Source: Octopus vulgaris | Lineage: Eukaryota | Assembly (NCBI GenBank): GCA_951406725.2 | Contig: OX597824.1 | Span: 87,730,001-87,794,000, forward strand | Direction: 5' to 3' | DNA length: 64,000 nucleotides | Made by a program: the position numbers and the translations under genes | In this document: one piece after another, positions 15,263 through 27,979 of the stretch | How positions within the stretch are numbered: position 1 is the stretch's first letter | Layout of the letters: each line of letters starts with the position of its first letter | The notes under the pieces: model-generated | Databases searched by the model: none | Seen by the model: the letters and a program-made list of their open reading frames with translations, nothing else | What the model was told of the DNA's origin: nothing

Positions 15263-15739
15263 TAGGCAGAGTGTTAATTTTGACCATACCATTCTATTAT
15301 GTGTTGCACCAGTTGCTTTATACTGTTATGAAGTTAGATTTTTCATCAATTTTACTGCGGCTATATGTAATCATTGCCTAACAAATTATTCATTGCTCTT
15401 ATTTGATCATTATTTAGGGCTGCATGCTACAGTACACATGTTTGTACAGCACTAACACCTGAATTTTTTATAGAGTCTCTGTTATACATAAATAACCAGC
15501 ACATATTTAAGTAGAATCAATAAGCTTCACAGACCCAGAAAAAGGAAATAGCTGTGCTTAATTATCTTCGTTTTGAATACTCTTTGAAATAATATTAACA
15601 TTGATTCTGTAAGTATATGCATTGTATATAGAGAAGGCTTTTGTATGAGTAAACACTGTTAAAAGGTGGCCTATATTTTAGTACAGGTAAGGCATTGAAA
15701 AGCACTTACTTACTTGTACTTGTGGCGACATTCACCCTG

Positions 15740-16419
15740 GATGGGTTGAGATGGCTTCTACCACCCTCAAGGCATCTCGAACCATGGCAGTGGAAGAAGT
15801 TTCATGGGAATATGAATTTCACAAGCAGTCCCCAACAATCCCGCATGTAGAGACATCCTGTTTGCTGCAGATTGTCCGCAGACGCAGGGACAGAATGACC
15901 GAGGAGCCACTGGTTGCTGAAACAGACAATCTGAGGATTTTCACCAGAGCCCCGTCTGCCGGGTTGTGGCCCTAATACCACTCGGTGTCAGACCAATCTG
16001 CCTTGGGTGGCCCTACCAGGAACCGAAGTTCCCAACGGCATAGCTCTGACACTACCCATTGCCAGCATCCCCACCACAGTGAGGAGGGGATGGACTTTGG
16101 GGACGCATTGAAAAGCAAACAAACACAGACATACACAGGTGTGTTTTTTATGCGTTTCACCTATTTTAAGGGACCTGAGGTAGTAAGAAACTCTAGGGAG
16201 AGAGCTGAAATGCAGAAGGTCTTCAGAGAAGGAGACCTCTCTCTTATTCATGCAGATGTTTTGGTCCTTAACTCCTTACATTCTAAAGAGGTGGAATAGG
16301 CTGCATCTAGGTCAAAATTCATTGTTACCCCTCTGTAGCTACATTCTGTGCTAATCTCTGCATTGCAGTTCTGAATGGTTAAGATCCCCCAGAGCCAAAG
16401 TACATTGGGTATTGCAACC
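15740..16419 (+). mobile_element. GC-richer island, possibly a degenerate 5' UTR/ORF1 relic of a non-LTR retrotransposon
   Basis: Composition shift and a non-repetitive reading frame (...GVFFMRFTYFKGPEVVRNSRERAEMQKVFREGDLSLI...) broken by stops and cut by a SINE at 16420. Family not recognised. Confidence 0.25.
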
Positions 16420-16814
16420 AGGCGCAGGAGTGACTGTGTGGTAAGTAGCTTGCTTACCAACCACATGATTCCGGGTTCAGTCCCACTGCGTGGCACCTTG
16501 GGCAAGTGTCTTCTATAGCCTCAGGCCGACCAAAGCTTTGTGAGTGGATTTGGTAGACGGAAACTGAAAGAAGCCTATCGTATATATGTGTATATATGTA
16601 TGTGTGTGTATGTTTGTGTGTCTGTATTTGTACCCCCAACATCGCTTGACAACTGATGCTGGTGTGTCTACGTCCCAGTAACTTAGCAGTTCGGTAAAAG
16701 AGACTGATACAATAAGTACTAGGCTTCCCAAAAATAAGTCCTGGGGTCGATTTACTTGACTAAAGGTGGTGCTCCAGCATGGCCGCAGTCAAATGACTGA
16801 AACAAGTAAAAGAG
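16420..16814 (+). mobile_element. SINE family A, full length (tRNA-derived head, internal microsatellite, CR1-like tail)
   Basis: Head AGGCGCAGGAGTG.CTGTGTGG with B-box-like GGTTCAGTCCC; tail GGTGCTCCAGCATGGCCGCAGTCAAATGACTGAAACAAGTAAAAGAG; more than 10 copies in the window. Confidence 0.9.
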
Positions 16815-16994
16815 TCTAGTGGATTGTTGACTAAATTATTTCCAAATTCATAACCATTCTTCCTTGACCAGACCCTGTTGGAACAATTCTCAACTGAAGA
16901 CTTCTGGTTCTCCCATTTTTAAGGGCTCTAATGACTATATTTGGTGCTTATGAGGATAAATGGTTTTGAGGATGAGCTCTACCCTAACTGATAA

Positions 16995-17034
<40 letters not shown>

Positions 17035-17035
<1 letters not shown>

Positions 17036-17217
17036 TATGTTTGACTTTTGCTTTACATTTGTACAAGTTGGCTCTAAGTCTCACCCAGAGACCTCAAGAG
17101 ACAACAAGTTGGAAGTTCATGTTGGTGTTATGCCTAGGGTGCCATATATTTGGTTTTGTACTTAGTGTTGTACTAGTGAATGTCTAAAAAACCATACGAA
17201 AATTATGTTTGTTTTAA
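17035..17217 (-). mobile_element. LINE 3' UTR fragment embedded in (TAA)n, Dong/R4-like
   Basis: Unique ~180-bp segment flanked on both sides by (ATT)n. TAA-repeat targeting is established for Dong/R4-clade elements; the family call is inference. Confidence 0.45.
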
Positions 17218-18069
17218 TATTATTATTATTATTATTATTTTATAGTAGCCTTAAATAAATCTAATCTTTGCACCCCTATTAATTCGTACTCAGCTTATAT
17301 AAGGTAATACCGGTATCTCGACAACTTAAAATCATTCAATTTAATTAAATCAATATATAGTTAACATGTTCTTTAACCTCAGTTGCTCCCTTATTAAATA
17401 CCATTTAAACCCAATTGATCAATCTCCATAGAAACCATATAATAAGTTAATATTTAGATAAGTAATCAGTAAATAAATATAAAACTATTTCTTTGCTATT
17501 TTCTTTTCCTCCCTCTATTGTGGTAAAATTTTGGTATCTACTCAAAATATTGAAAGAAGTTTTAACCTTTTGTTAAAATTTCATTCTTAATAATCTTCTT
17601 GATTACCCTAAATTTTAACTTTATACAATAAGACAATATTGTTTGAAATGATCTTTAGAAATTACTTGATTTATATCTTTCTTAAATGGCTCTATACTCC
17701 CGATCTTAGTATTTATAAGGGCCTTTATATAAATAACCCTTCTAAACAAGTACCTCTAAGAAACTATAAATATCATGTAGGGAGTAACAATAATAACTTC
17801 TTAAACCTATAATATAACCCTTAGTTTAAAAAAATAAAATAAAATAAAAATTTTTTTAAGAAATAGATTAGTTTAAAATATGATTATTCCATAACTTAAA
17901 TATTCCTTTAGCTGATACCAGACATCAGTCTTTTATTGATATTAGCTAAATAAGTAAATATATAATGCAATAATAATTCTCTAAAAGAGATATAGACAGT
18001 AACTGCTCGATAACATAAGGGACTAAAGCCATCTGAATATGGTTAGGGACAGGGCAGGGTGGTGGGGGT

Positions 18070-18270
18070 GTTACTGTTGCATTTAGCCCCAGGCGAACAT
18101 CGACGTCACCAGAAAGGCTCGACACCGTCACGGTGCCCTTAACCTGCAAAGGGAGGTAATTCCCCGATGAAGCGGAAACCACACACGGACCATGGTTTCA
18201 AGGTGTATTGCCTATCGTCGGCGTGTGGTAGGCTTCCGCTTCCTCGACGAATTCTCACTCTGCAGGATAT
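18070..18270 (-). other. GC/CpG-rich structured segment (long hairpin 18143-18266 plus a short hairpin)
   Basis: CCTGCAAAG/CTCTGCAGG, GAAGCGGAAACC/GGCTTCCGCTTC and CACACG/CGTGTG pair in register; A-C mismatches on + become G-U pairs on the minus strand. Confidence 0.5.
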
Positions 18271-18624
18271 TCATATATAGATTTTCAAGCAAAATACATT
18301 TGCTGATTTCGAAAATCTGTTCAGTCTAATATATTTTGAATTAGTATACTTTTTCTAAAAATCTTCTCTATTGGTGTTAATAAGCTACATATACTTTACC
18401 ATAGTATTAGTAATTAAGGCATTTTATTTCCTTTTCTATGGTGTTCTGCCCTACTTGATTATCTTATTTTATTTCTTTATTATTTTATAATCAGCCTTTA
18501 TTTATTTATAAAATTAATCTAATTTTTGTATCTCTATAAATTCATACTTAGCTTATATAAAACTATACTGGTATATTCATTACTTATAAATAAATTGTTT
18601 AGATTATAATTTTATTAATATATA

Positions 18625-18752
18625 TATTTCTTTACTACCCACAAGGGGCTAAACATAGACGGGACAAACAAGGACAGACAAAGGGATTAAGTCGATTACA
18701 TCGACCCCAGTGCGTAACTGGTACTTAATTTATCGACCCTGAAAGGATGAAA
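18625..18752 (-). mobile_element. SINE family B, 3' part
   Basis: Matches the 3' half of the copy at 29470. Confidence 0.85.
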
Positions 18753-19500
18753 AGAAAATTTTCTTAATATATAATTAGCATGTTCCTTTACCTCAATACT
18801 CCTTTATTAATACCAGTATATACCAATTGATCAATATTACCAGATACCATCTGATGAGTTAGTATTTAAGTGTACAATATGTATAAATATTAAACTATTT
18901 CTGGATAATTTCTTTTCCTCCCTCTCGTAGTAAAAGTTTGGTACATACTCAAAAGTATTCATAAATTCCTATCCTTTTGTTATAATATTCTTCTTAATAA
19001 TCCTCTGAATAACCCTAAACTTTAACTGTATGCAATATAGCAACATTGTTTAAAATATTTTAACTATAGTACTACATAAGACTTCCCCTGTTTCATTATC
19101 AATGGTCTGCTAGTGGGTGACCCCCTTAATTGTCAGCTAACATTTTGTTTTAAGTCTTTCGTTACCAAACCTCACTATATTACTTCTAATAAATCTTGAT
19201 TTTATGACTATACCAATTATGTCTGTCTGCTCCCTCAGCCCTACCCCTCTGTTCTCTCAGCCTTAGATATACAAGGGATTTGATAAACTAGTCTATAAAT
19301 TAAAAACTGACCCCATAAAAACAAAAAATCAGTGACAGGCAGAGTCTGCAACAATGTATATCTTCTTGAAAAATTTAGTAACTTCTATGCTGGAGTGAGA
19401 CAGCATGTTCTTTGTCTATCGCCTTAACTTCTTGGAGATTTTAGATATAATTATTCTAATGTGTCCATCTGTTCTAATTTAATTAAATTCTATGTCTTTG

Positions 19501-19587
19501 TGCAGCTGAAGATTGCTCTACATCTTAAATTGATGTAATATTTGCATTGTTCAATTAAATGGAGTTGCATGAAACGATCGTACTGCA
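19501..19587 (+). ncRNA. Type I hammerhead ribozyme motif of a Penelope-like element relic
   Basis: Helix I TGCAG/CTGCA, core CTGAAGA (19506-19512), long helix II region, GAA plus palindromic helix III ACGATCGT, GTA cleavage triplet. The 10.1-11.1 pair is an atypical U-U. A truncated sister copy lies at about 28445-28545 on the minus strand. Confidence 0.7.
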
Positions 19588-19803
19588 TTACCTCTGGGTA
19601 TCCCCTTATTGCTTATTTTGATTTAGAAGTGGCAATAAAACAATAGCCCACAATTTTATGATATTAAACAAGCGAAAAATTCTTGATTCTGTAATTTGAT
19701 TATTTGACCATTAGTGCATAAAGTATACAAGCGGCCCTTAAAGAACTTTCTGTGATTAAAGCAACCTGCAATGTAATACGAGTTGGTCAGGCCTGTTTTA
19801 GAC

Positions 19804-19935
19804 CAGGGGTTCTTAACCATTTTTTACCTATGGACCCCTTTGATTACTGTTTTATTCTAGTGGACCCTCATAACCATTCAATGTTTATAAACTAGTTTTA
19901 TGGAAGCTTCTTTCAAAATTCCTATTTTGTTTTTC
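19804..19935 (+). mobile_element. hAT/Charlie-like MITE terminus
   Basis: Begins CAGGGGTTCTTAACC, resembling hAT-Charlie TIRs; no partner end seen. Confidence 0.4.
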
Positions 19936-20286
19936 ACCGTGACCATTGCCAGCCTACCCTGGCACCTAAAAAGCGCCATCTGTACGTGGCCGATGCCAGC
20001 GCCGCCCTGACTGGCTTCTGTACTGGTGGCACGTAAAAAGCACCAACCGATCATGGCCATTGCCAGCCTCCCCCTGCATACTGGAGTTGATCTAATCGAC
20101 TGGCCTCACTCCCCCAAAATTCCGGGCCTTGTGTCTAGAGTAGAAAAAAACATGAAATTAAATGTTTTGCTCAAGAACACACTGTATTGCCCAGTCCAGG
20201 AATTGGAACCTCAATCTTACTATCATATGTGTAACACCCTAACCACTTAGCCACACACCTCCAAGGCAGACATCGAAGTTACCAAA

Positions 20287-20939
20287 TCTCTCTATATATA
20301 AACCTGAAGTTGACTGTGTATGGCAGGTTTGGTAATCTTCAACTAACACTATCTCCTCTGAGACCCTGCGGCGCAAGTTGACCAAAATTGAGAGTATGAT
20401 AGAAGAAGGCTTGCTCTTCCTTCTGTAGAAGAAAAAATTCAAATCGGACCATGTTAACACGATTTTTTGACTGCTGTGTCGCCATTTTTCGGTGTATTTC
20501 AACTAGAAAAATGTTCACTTAAAGAAGAACATTCACATATCTTTTATCTTTTACTAGCAGTATTGCCCGGCGTTGCTCAGGTTTGTTTCGACCCTTTAGA
20601 ATTGGAATTTTTGAAAAGTAAAAGTTTTGCATTATGTAGCTTGTTATTGAGTATGATAGATGAATGCTTGCTCTTCATTCCATAGTAGAAAAAAAATTCA
20701 AATCGGACCGTGTTAACACCAAAAATTATTTACATCAAAAAGGTGCTTTTTTTTCTATGAAAATCCCGATTTTTTACGATTTTTTTACTGCTGTGTCGCC
20801 ATTTTTCTGTGTATTTCAACCAGAAAAATGTTCACTTAAAGAGAATAACAAGCTACATAATTCAATTTTTTTTACTTTTCAAAAATTCCAATTCTAAAGG
20901 GTCGAAACAAACCCGAGCAATGCTAGGCAATACTGTTAG
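20287..20939 (+). mobile_element. Composite non-autonomous Helitron (deleted 5' part, spacer, inverted 3' end, then direct 3' part)
   Basis: 5' TC after A at 20287; inverted CTAG end at 20554; direct 3' part 20649-20939 ending in hairpin plus TTAG|T. Confidence 0.85.
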
Positions 20940-21430
20940 TAGTATGATAAATTCATTGGAATATTCATCTCAAGGAAAATTCTTTAGTACACCAGATTTC
21001 TTTCGCTGATACGAGTGAAGTCAATTCGGAACTCCAGTTTACAGTTGGATCTCCACTGTTAATGGTGGATCTTCTAAACTTGAAAGAATTTTCCCAATAT
21101 TTCCATTTTCAGGTCATTTAAATTAATTCCTCTTCAGCATTCGATTCTTGTTTTGTTTTTGGTGTTCATGACAAAGTTTTGCTTAGTGACAAAGCTGCTA
21201 ATATCACAGATATATTTTGTGACCCTTTGTCTTTTACTTGTTTCAGCCATTGGATTGTGGCCATGCTGGGGCACCGTCTTGTAGAGATGATTCTGTCAGT
21301 GTTTTTTTGTTGAACTGCTAAGTTATAGGGATGAAAGCAACCAGCACCAGTTATCAAATGATGGGGGGACTGACACACACACAGACACCACACCACACAC
21401 ACACACACATATACACACACACAGCACATG

Positions 21431-21467
<37 letters not shown>

Positions 21468-21649
21468 ATATACATCAGGCTCCACTTTCAGTTACCACGC
21501 ATCAAGTTCTGATATATATGTATGTGTGTCTGTCTGTCTGTCCGTCTGTGTATGTGTGTATGGTTGGTGTTAGGAAGGGCATCCAGCTGTAAAAACCATC
21601 AAAATTATGATGCTAGGTGCTTCCATTGTTTTGTCCAACCCCTGTACAT

Positions 21650-21810
21650 ATACATAAATTAATCAAAGTGTATGCTATTATATATCCATTATGGCTGATC
21701 TTAGCAATTGGTTTCACACTAGGAGTTCAATGGTGTGTTAGGTAACAGTCCGATTATGTAACCCTGTGCTCATCAGAGATAACTGTTATGGCATGAAATA
21801 TGGCGACTGC
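21650..21810 (-). mobile_element. Dispersed repeat with hammerhead-like core (Penelope-like); sister copies at about 50940-51012 and 52205-52350 on +
   Basis: CTGATGAGCACAGG...CCTAGTGTGAAAC on the minus strand. All three copies start next to (CA/TG)n or (TA)n. Helix I is not evident. Confidence 0.5.
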
Positions 21811-22249
21811 CACATATATATATATTTGTGTGTGTGTGTGTGTGTGTGTGTGTACAAGGCATTTGAACCAGGTGGGAAGGCGGAGAAAGAATTTGACCTG
21901 GTTTGAATGCCTGCAATAGGACGGACTCGCCTGAAGGAAGCAATTGCTATATGGAGGTGTTAAACCAGGTGATGGATTAAGTTTATCATCAGAATTAAGC
22001 CATTATGATATTTCGACAGTGTCTGTACAAGCAAGCATAAAAAGCTGTACGGTCTGCTTCATCTTTTCAGTGGGTGTAACATAAAGCTAATAATACTTTA
22101 TGAATGAAACTGTTTGGGTCACATGTGTATTATGATGGTGGGCTTAGTACACCCAACCTAGTTTGAGTTGTGTAACATGCCTGGCTGCATCTCTTCCTTA
22201 ATTACACAACTCATCCATATTCATTAAAAGAAGCAAGAAAAAGATAAAA

Positions 22250-23049
22250 TCTCTCTATATATAAAGCTGAAGTTGTCTGTGTGTGGCAGGTTTGGTAGCC
22301 TTCAACTAACGCTATCTCCTCCAAGACCCTGCGGCGCAAGTTGACCAAAATTGAGAGTATGATAGAATTGAAACCTCAGTCTTACTATCATATGTGTAAC
22401 ACCCTAACCACTTAGCCACACACCTCCAAGGCAGACATCAAAGTTACCAAATCTCTATATATATAAAGCTGAAGTTGTCTGTGTATGGCAGGTTTGGTAG
22501 CCTTCAACTAACGCTATCTCCTCCAAGACCCTGCGGCGCAAGTTGACCAAAATTGAGAGTATGATAGAATTGAAACCTCAGTCTTACTATCATATGTGTA
22601 ACACCCTAACCACTTAGCCACACACCTCCAAGGCAGACATCAAAGTTACCAAATCTCTATATATATAAAGCTGAAGTTGTCTGTGTATGGCATGTTTGGT
22701 AGCCTTCAACTAACACTATCTCCTCCGAGACCCTGCGATGCAAGTTGACCAAAATTGAGAGTATGATAGAAGAAGGCTTGCTCTTCATTCCGTAGAAGAA
22801 AACATTCAAATCAGACCATGTTAACACCAAAAATTACTTACATAAAAAAGGTGCTTTTTTTATCTATGAAAATCCCTATTTTTTAACGATTTTTTGACTG
22901 CTGTGTCGCCATTTTTCGTTGTATTTCAACCAGAAAAATGTTCACTTAAAGAGAATAACAAGCTACATAATTCAATTTTTTTTACTTTTCAAAAATTCCA
23001 ATTCTAAAGGGTCGAAACAAACCCGAGCAACACCAAGCGATACTGTTAG
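22250..23049 (+). mobile_element. Helitron array: two ~120-bp 5' fragments and one full copy, period 202 bp
   Basis: TC starts at 22250, 22452 and 22654; the last unit runs to hairpin plus TTAG|T at 23049. Confidence 0.9.
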
Positions 23050-23146
23050 TAAGAAATATAAACCTTTCCAGGTTAAAATAAACACAAAACGGTGTTTTAT
23101 GTGGTGTCTATTTACTTCTGTCATATCTGTATCTGTCTCTTTTTTT

Positions 23147-23351
23147 TCTTTTACTTGTTTCAGTAATATGACTGCGGCCATGCTGGAGCACCACCTTTTA
23201 GTTGAACAAATCAACCCCTGGACTTATTCTTTGTAAACCTAGTACTTATTTTATCGGTCTCTTTTGGCTGAACCGCTAAGTGATGGGGACATAAACACAC
23301 CAGCATTGGTTGTCAAGTGATGGTAGACAAACACACAAACACACACACACA

Positions 23352-23394
<43 letters not shown>

Positions 23395-23558
23395 ACAACA
23401 GGCTTCTTTCAGTTTCCATCTACCAAATCCACTCACAAGGCTTTGGTCGGCCCGAGGCTATAGTAGAAGACACTTTCCCAAGGTGCTGTGCAGTGGGACT
23501 GAACCCGGAACCATGTGGTTGGTAAGCAAGCTACTTACCACACAGCCACTCCTGCACC
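23147..23558 (-). mobile_element. SINE family A, full length
   Basis: Reverse complement of the 16420 copy, with internal (CA)n. Confidence 0.9.
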
Positions 23559-23769
23559 CACGTATTATTTTTTGATTGTTTACTTGTTTCAGTCTTCTGA
23601 CCGCAGCCATTGCTGGTCCATTGCTTTGAAGAGTTTTAGTCGGATGACTCAATACCAGTACTTATTTCTTAAATCCTAGGACTTATTCTGTCAGTCTCTT
23701 TTGACAGTCTGCTGAGTCATGGTGACACACACAAACCAAAACCAGTTGTATTGTCAAGTGGCAGTGGGG

Positions 23770-23910
23770 GACAAACACACACACACACACACATGCAAGC
23801 ACACATACACACGCAAACACAAACATAGACACACACACATACACACACACACATTCAATCACATACACTGACATACACACACATACACACACACACACAA
23901 ATACACACAG

Positions 23911-23941
<31 letters not shown>

Positions 23942-24215
23942 TACACACAGACATACACACACACACTCACACAGACACACACACACAGACACACACACAA
24001 ATACACACAGACATACACACAAACACTCACACAGACACAGACACAGACACACAAATACACAGAGATACACACAGACACACACATACAGTCACATACACAC
24101 ACACACTCTCACATATGCACACACGCACACAAACATACACACACACACACTCAAACACACACACAGACACACACACGCACACCCTCACACACTCAAACAC
24201 ATACACACACACACA

Positions 24216-24249
<34 letters not shown>

Positions 24250-25055
24250 GCTGTATGTATATGTTCTCCCATAGGTCTCCCTCGGTCCTTTGCCCATAAT
24301 TTACTACCAAATTGCTTCATTTCCTCATTCGGTGCTTTTGAAGCAACCGAAAAAAAAAATCCTATCCAGGAACCTGAGTTGCAGACCTCCTCCTCTTGTC
24401 ATTCCGGCCACCAGGAATACGGAGATCCACTGATTGCCTGATTGGATACTTGTAAGCCATCACAACATATTGATTACCAACTGTGATACAAAGTAGAAGG
24501 AATAAATCACTATTTTGATATTAAATACATAGATACATACATACATACATACATACATACATACACACATACATACATGCATACACACATACACATATAC
24601 ACACACATAGATAGATACAAATACACATACATGCATACATACATACACATATACATACATATATACACACACATAGATAGAGACAAATACATATACATGC
24701 ATACATACATACACAAACATATACACTCATATATATATATATACATACATAGATACATATACAAATACATACATACATGCATACATACACACATACATAT
24801 ACATACATGCATACATACACACCTACATACACACATGCATACATATATACATAGATACACACACACACAAACATACATACATACACACATGCATACATAC
24901 ATACGTACATACATACATACATACACACACATACATACATACATATATACATAGACACACACACACATACATACACATACATACACATATGCATGCATAC
25001 GTACACACACATATATATGCACACACACACACACACACATATATACATATATATA
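23770..25055. repeat. (CA)n tract 23770-24247 (expanded from an old family A copy starting about 23578) and (TACA)n tract 24525-25055
   Basis: Direct inspection. Confidence 0.9.
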
Positions 25056-25366
25056 CAAATGAGTATGATTGTTGCCCTACCATAAACAATGTCTTAGATT
25101 TACTCGTGTCTTATATTGGCTAATAAATCACGTTTAATCTCTTCGACTCTACTCAGCTGTAACCTAACTACAAATGAGGAGGGATATTTCCCACTCGCAA
25201 TAAACGTCTTCAGATTCTAACAGAGAAATCTTTTGTTTTATCCGTAGCTTTGCTTTGTGTTATTGCTGGGAGACTTGGAGAGAACGAACAAAGTTTTATA
25301 CGTCAAGGATGTGACACAAGCATATCCAATGCCGTAGCCCTTGTAATGTGACAATGAGGACAACAA

Positions 25367-25587
25367 TACGAGGGGGTGCTGAACAGTTCCTGGTTTTAAG
25401 GGAGTCATGAAAGGTGTGGTTGGAGGCCCAACCTTCCAAGTGCTTTTACAGGGCTTAGAAAAACTGAAGAACTGGTGCATTAAGTGTGTGGATCTGAAAG
25501 GGGGATATGTTGAATACAATCATAATTAATTGATCCTCCTGTATTTTCTTTTAACCAAATCCAGGAACTTTTCAGCCCTCCCTCATG
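25367..25587 (+). mobile_element. Mariner-derived MITE (family E)
   Basis: TA-CGAGGGGGTGCTGAA.AGTTCCTGG ... CCAGGAACTTTTCAGCCCTCCCTC TIRs. The interior translates to GLEKLKNWCIKCVDLKGGYVE, a typical mariner transposase C-terminus. Confidence 0.85.
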
Positions 25588-25620
25588 TATATATGTGTAT
25601 GTATATATATATATATATAT

Positions 25621-26030
25621 ATCATCATCATCATCATCATCATCATCGTTTAACGTCCGCTTTCCACTCTAGCATGGGTTGGACGATTTGACTGAGGTCT
25701 GGCGAACCAGATGGCTGCACCAGACTCCAATCTGATCTGGCAGAGTTTCTACAGCTGCAAGCCCTTCCTAACACCAACCACTCTGAGAGTGTAGTGGGTG
25801 CTTTTACGTGCCACTGGCATGGGACCAGTCATGCGGTACTGGCAACGGCCATGCTCAAATGGTGTTTTTTACATGCCACCAGCACAGATGCTAGTTTGCT
25901 TCTCTGGCAATGATCATGCTCGGATGGTACTCTTAGCACTCCACTAGCACGGATGCCAGTCATTGAATTTGATTTCGATTTTGATTTCACTTGCCTCAAC
26001 AGGTCTTCGCAAGCAGAGTTTAGTATCCAA
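25621..26030 (-). mobile_element. Family C RTE-like non-autonomous retroposon with (GAT)n tail
   Basis: Tail ...GGACGTTAAACGATGATGAT and internal GTGGCACGTAAAAGCACC repeats; about 10 copies in the window. Confidence 0.85.
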
Positions 26031-26031
26031 T

Positions 26032-26106
<75 letters not shown>

Positions 26107-26108
<2 letters not shown>

Positions 26109-26327
26109 CTAGGAGGTGCTGAAAAGGTCCTGGTTTTAAGGGTATCATGAAAGGCTTGGCTGAAGGTCCAACATTCTGAGTTCTTTTATAGGGCTTAGAA
26201 AAACTGGAGGACCACTGCAAGAAGTGTGTGAATCTGACGGGGGGAATATGTTGAATAAAATCATAAGTAACTGATCCACTTGTATTTTCTTTTACCCAAA
26301 GCCAGGAGCTTTTCAGCAACTCTCATA
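26107..26327 (+). mobile_element. Mariner-derived MITE (family E)
   Basis: Same TIRs and TA flanks as the 25367 copy. Confidence 0.85.
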
Positions 26328-26845
26328 CCTGTGGTTTTAAGTTCAGTCCCACTTCATGGTACCTTGGGCAAGTGTCTTCTGTTGTGGGCAGTAAAGAAGT
26401 AAGAATGAAAGGCAAAGTTAGCCTTGGCGGAATATGAACTCAGGACGAAACAGCAGATGAAGTATTTTGCACAGTGTGCTAATGTTTCTGCCAGCTCGCT
26501 ACCCTTTAAACTTATTACATTAGTAATCCAGACACCATAGACATATACCTGTACTACAATATAGCTTGCACAATCATAACAATAACTTTTACTATAATAC
26601 AGCTTGTGCAGTTATTCAGTTTTGGGTCTGAATCTGCACCATGTTTAGTATTTTGCTTGCGGCCTTTTGTATTCCTGTACCTGTTCCACCACTTATGAAA
26701 AGGCGGTTGACCCTGCACTCATTCACATAACTAAAGCAGGAGATAAATCTTTTGAATATTAATGAGCTGACACAGCACTTTGTATGTGAGGAGCATAGCT
26801 TTATAGTTTGGTGTTCATATTGGACCGGGTAAAAAGATTTTCTAT

Positions 26846-27104
26846 ACTCTTTTTACTCTTTTACTCGTTTCAGTCATTTGACCGTGGCCATGCTGAAGCA
26901 CTGCTTTTAGTCGAGCAAATCGACTCCAGGACTTATTCTTTGTAAGCCTAGTACTTATTCTATCGGTCTCTTTTGCCGAGCCGCTAAGTTACAGGGACGT
27001 AAACACACCAGCATCGGTTGTCAAGTGATGTTGGGGGGACAAACACAGACACACACCATACACACACACACAGACACACACACACATATATATATATGTA
27101 TGTG

Positions 27105-27146
<42 letters not shown>

Positions 27147-27330
27147 CATATACATACACATATATACAATGGGCTTCTTTCAGTTTCCGTCGACCAAATC
27201 CACTCACAAGGTTTTGGTTGGCCCGAGGCTATAGTAGAAGACACTTGCCCAAGGTGTCACGCAGTGGGACTGAACCCGGAACCATGTGGTTGGTAAGCAA
27301 GCGACTTACCACACAGCCACTCCTGTGCCT
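26846..27330 (-). mobile_element. SINE family A, full length
   Basis: Head and tail match the 16420 copy. Confidence 0.9.
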
Positions 27331-27979
27331 AGAAAAAAAAAAAGGAAGGAGCAAAAAATAATCCCTATGTTTGATTTCTTTGATTAAAAATCCTTCAAGG
27401 TGGTGCTCCAGTTTGGCCGCAGTCCAATGACTGAAGCAAGTAAAAGATAGAAATAGAAAAGGGAGTTATTTGTATATTGAGTATACACACCATATATCAG
27501 CTCTATTCAACATATGTGCTAAATGAGTTATATAAGCTTTAGAAAAATAGATAAATAAATACACAAATAAATAAACAAATATATTAAATAAATGAATAAA
27601 TAAAAAAACAAATGAATGCAGCCAGTTTCATGAAAAGTGGAATTCAATAGAAATGGGTTCACACACATTCAGTTGATAGCAATGGAGTTTCTGTTAAGAT
27701 ATTAGTGGTTAGTGCAAAATGCATTGAAATACTGACAACATATGTAAAGAAAAAAATTCTCCTTTTGTTTTCGTTTGTTAAGTTGGCTGGTTAATATTGT
27801 ATCAAACATTTCTGGTGAATAAGGCAAAGAAATGTAAAGAAATGTAAAGAAATGTAAAGCAAGATTCATATCAATGCTGGTTGTGCTTGTTTACGATTGT
27901 TTGTGTTGATTCATTCTGCACCTTGATTTGTAAAAGGTTTTCTGGTGCCTGGAAACTTACAGCAAATGTGTTGATATCC

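Noticed and set aside
16420-16500. Functional tRNA genes at SINE heads
   Set aside because: Only A/B-box-like motifs are present; no complete cloverleaf, and they run into SINE bodies.
18070-18150. HDV-like or twister ribozyme on the minus strand
   Set aside because: The candidate L3 (TAAGGGC) does not fit the HDV consensus and no P1/P1.1 pairing was found; twister motifs are absent.
18163-18200. Hammerhead-like CCGATGA-AGCG-GAAACC...GGTTTC on +
   Set aside because: U4 is missing, there is no helix II or helix I, and the segment is better explained by the minus-strand hairpin.
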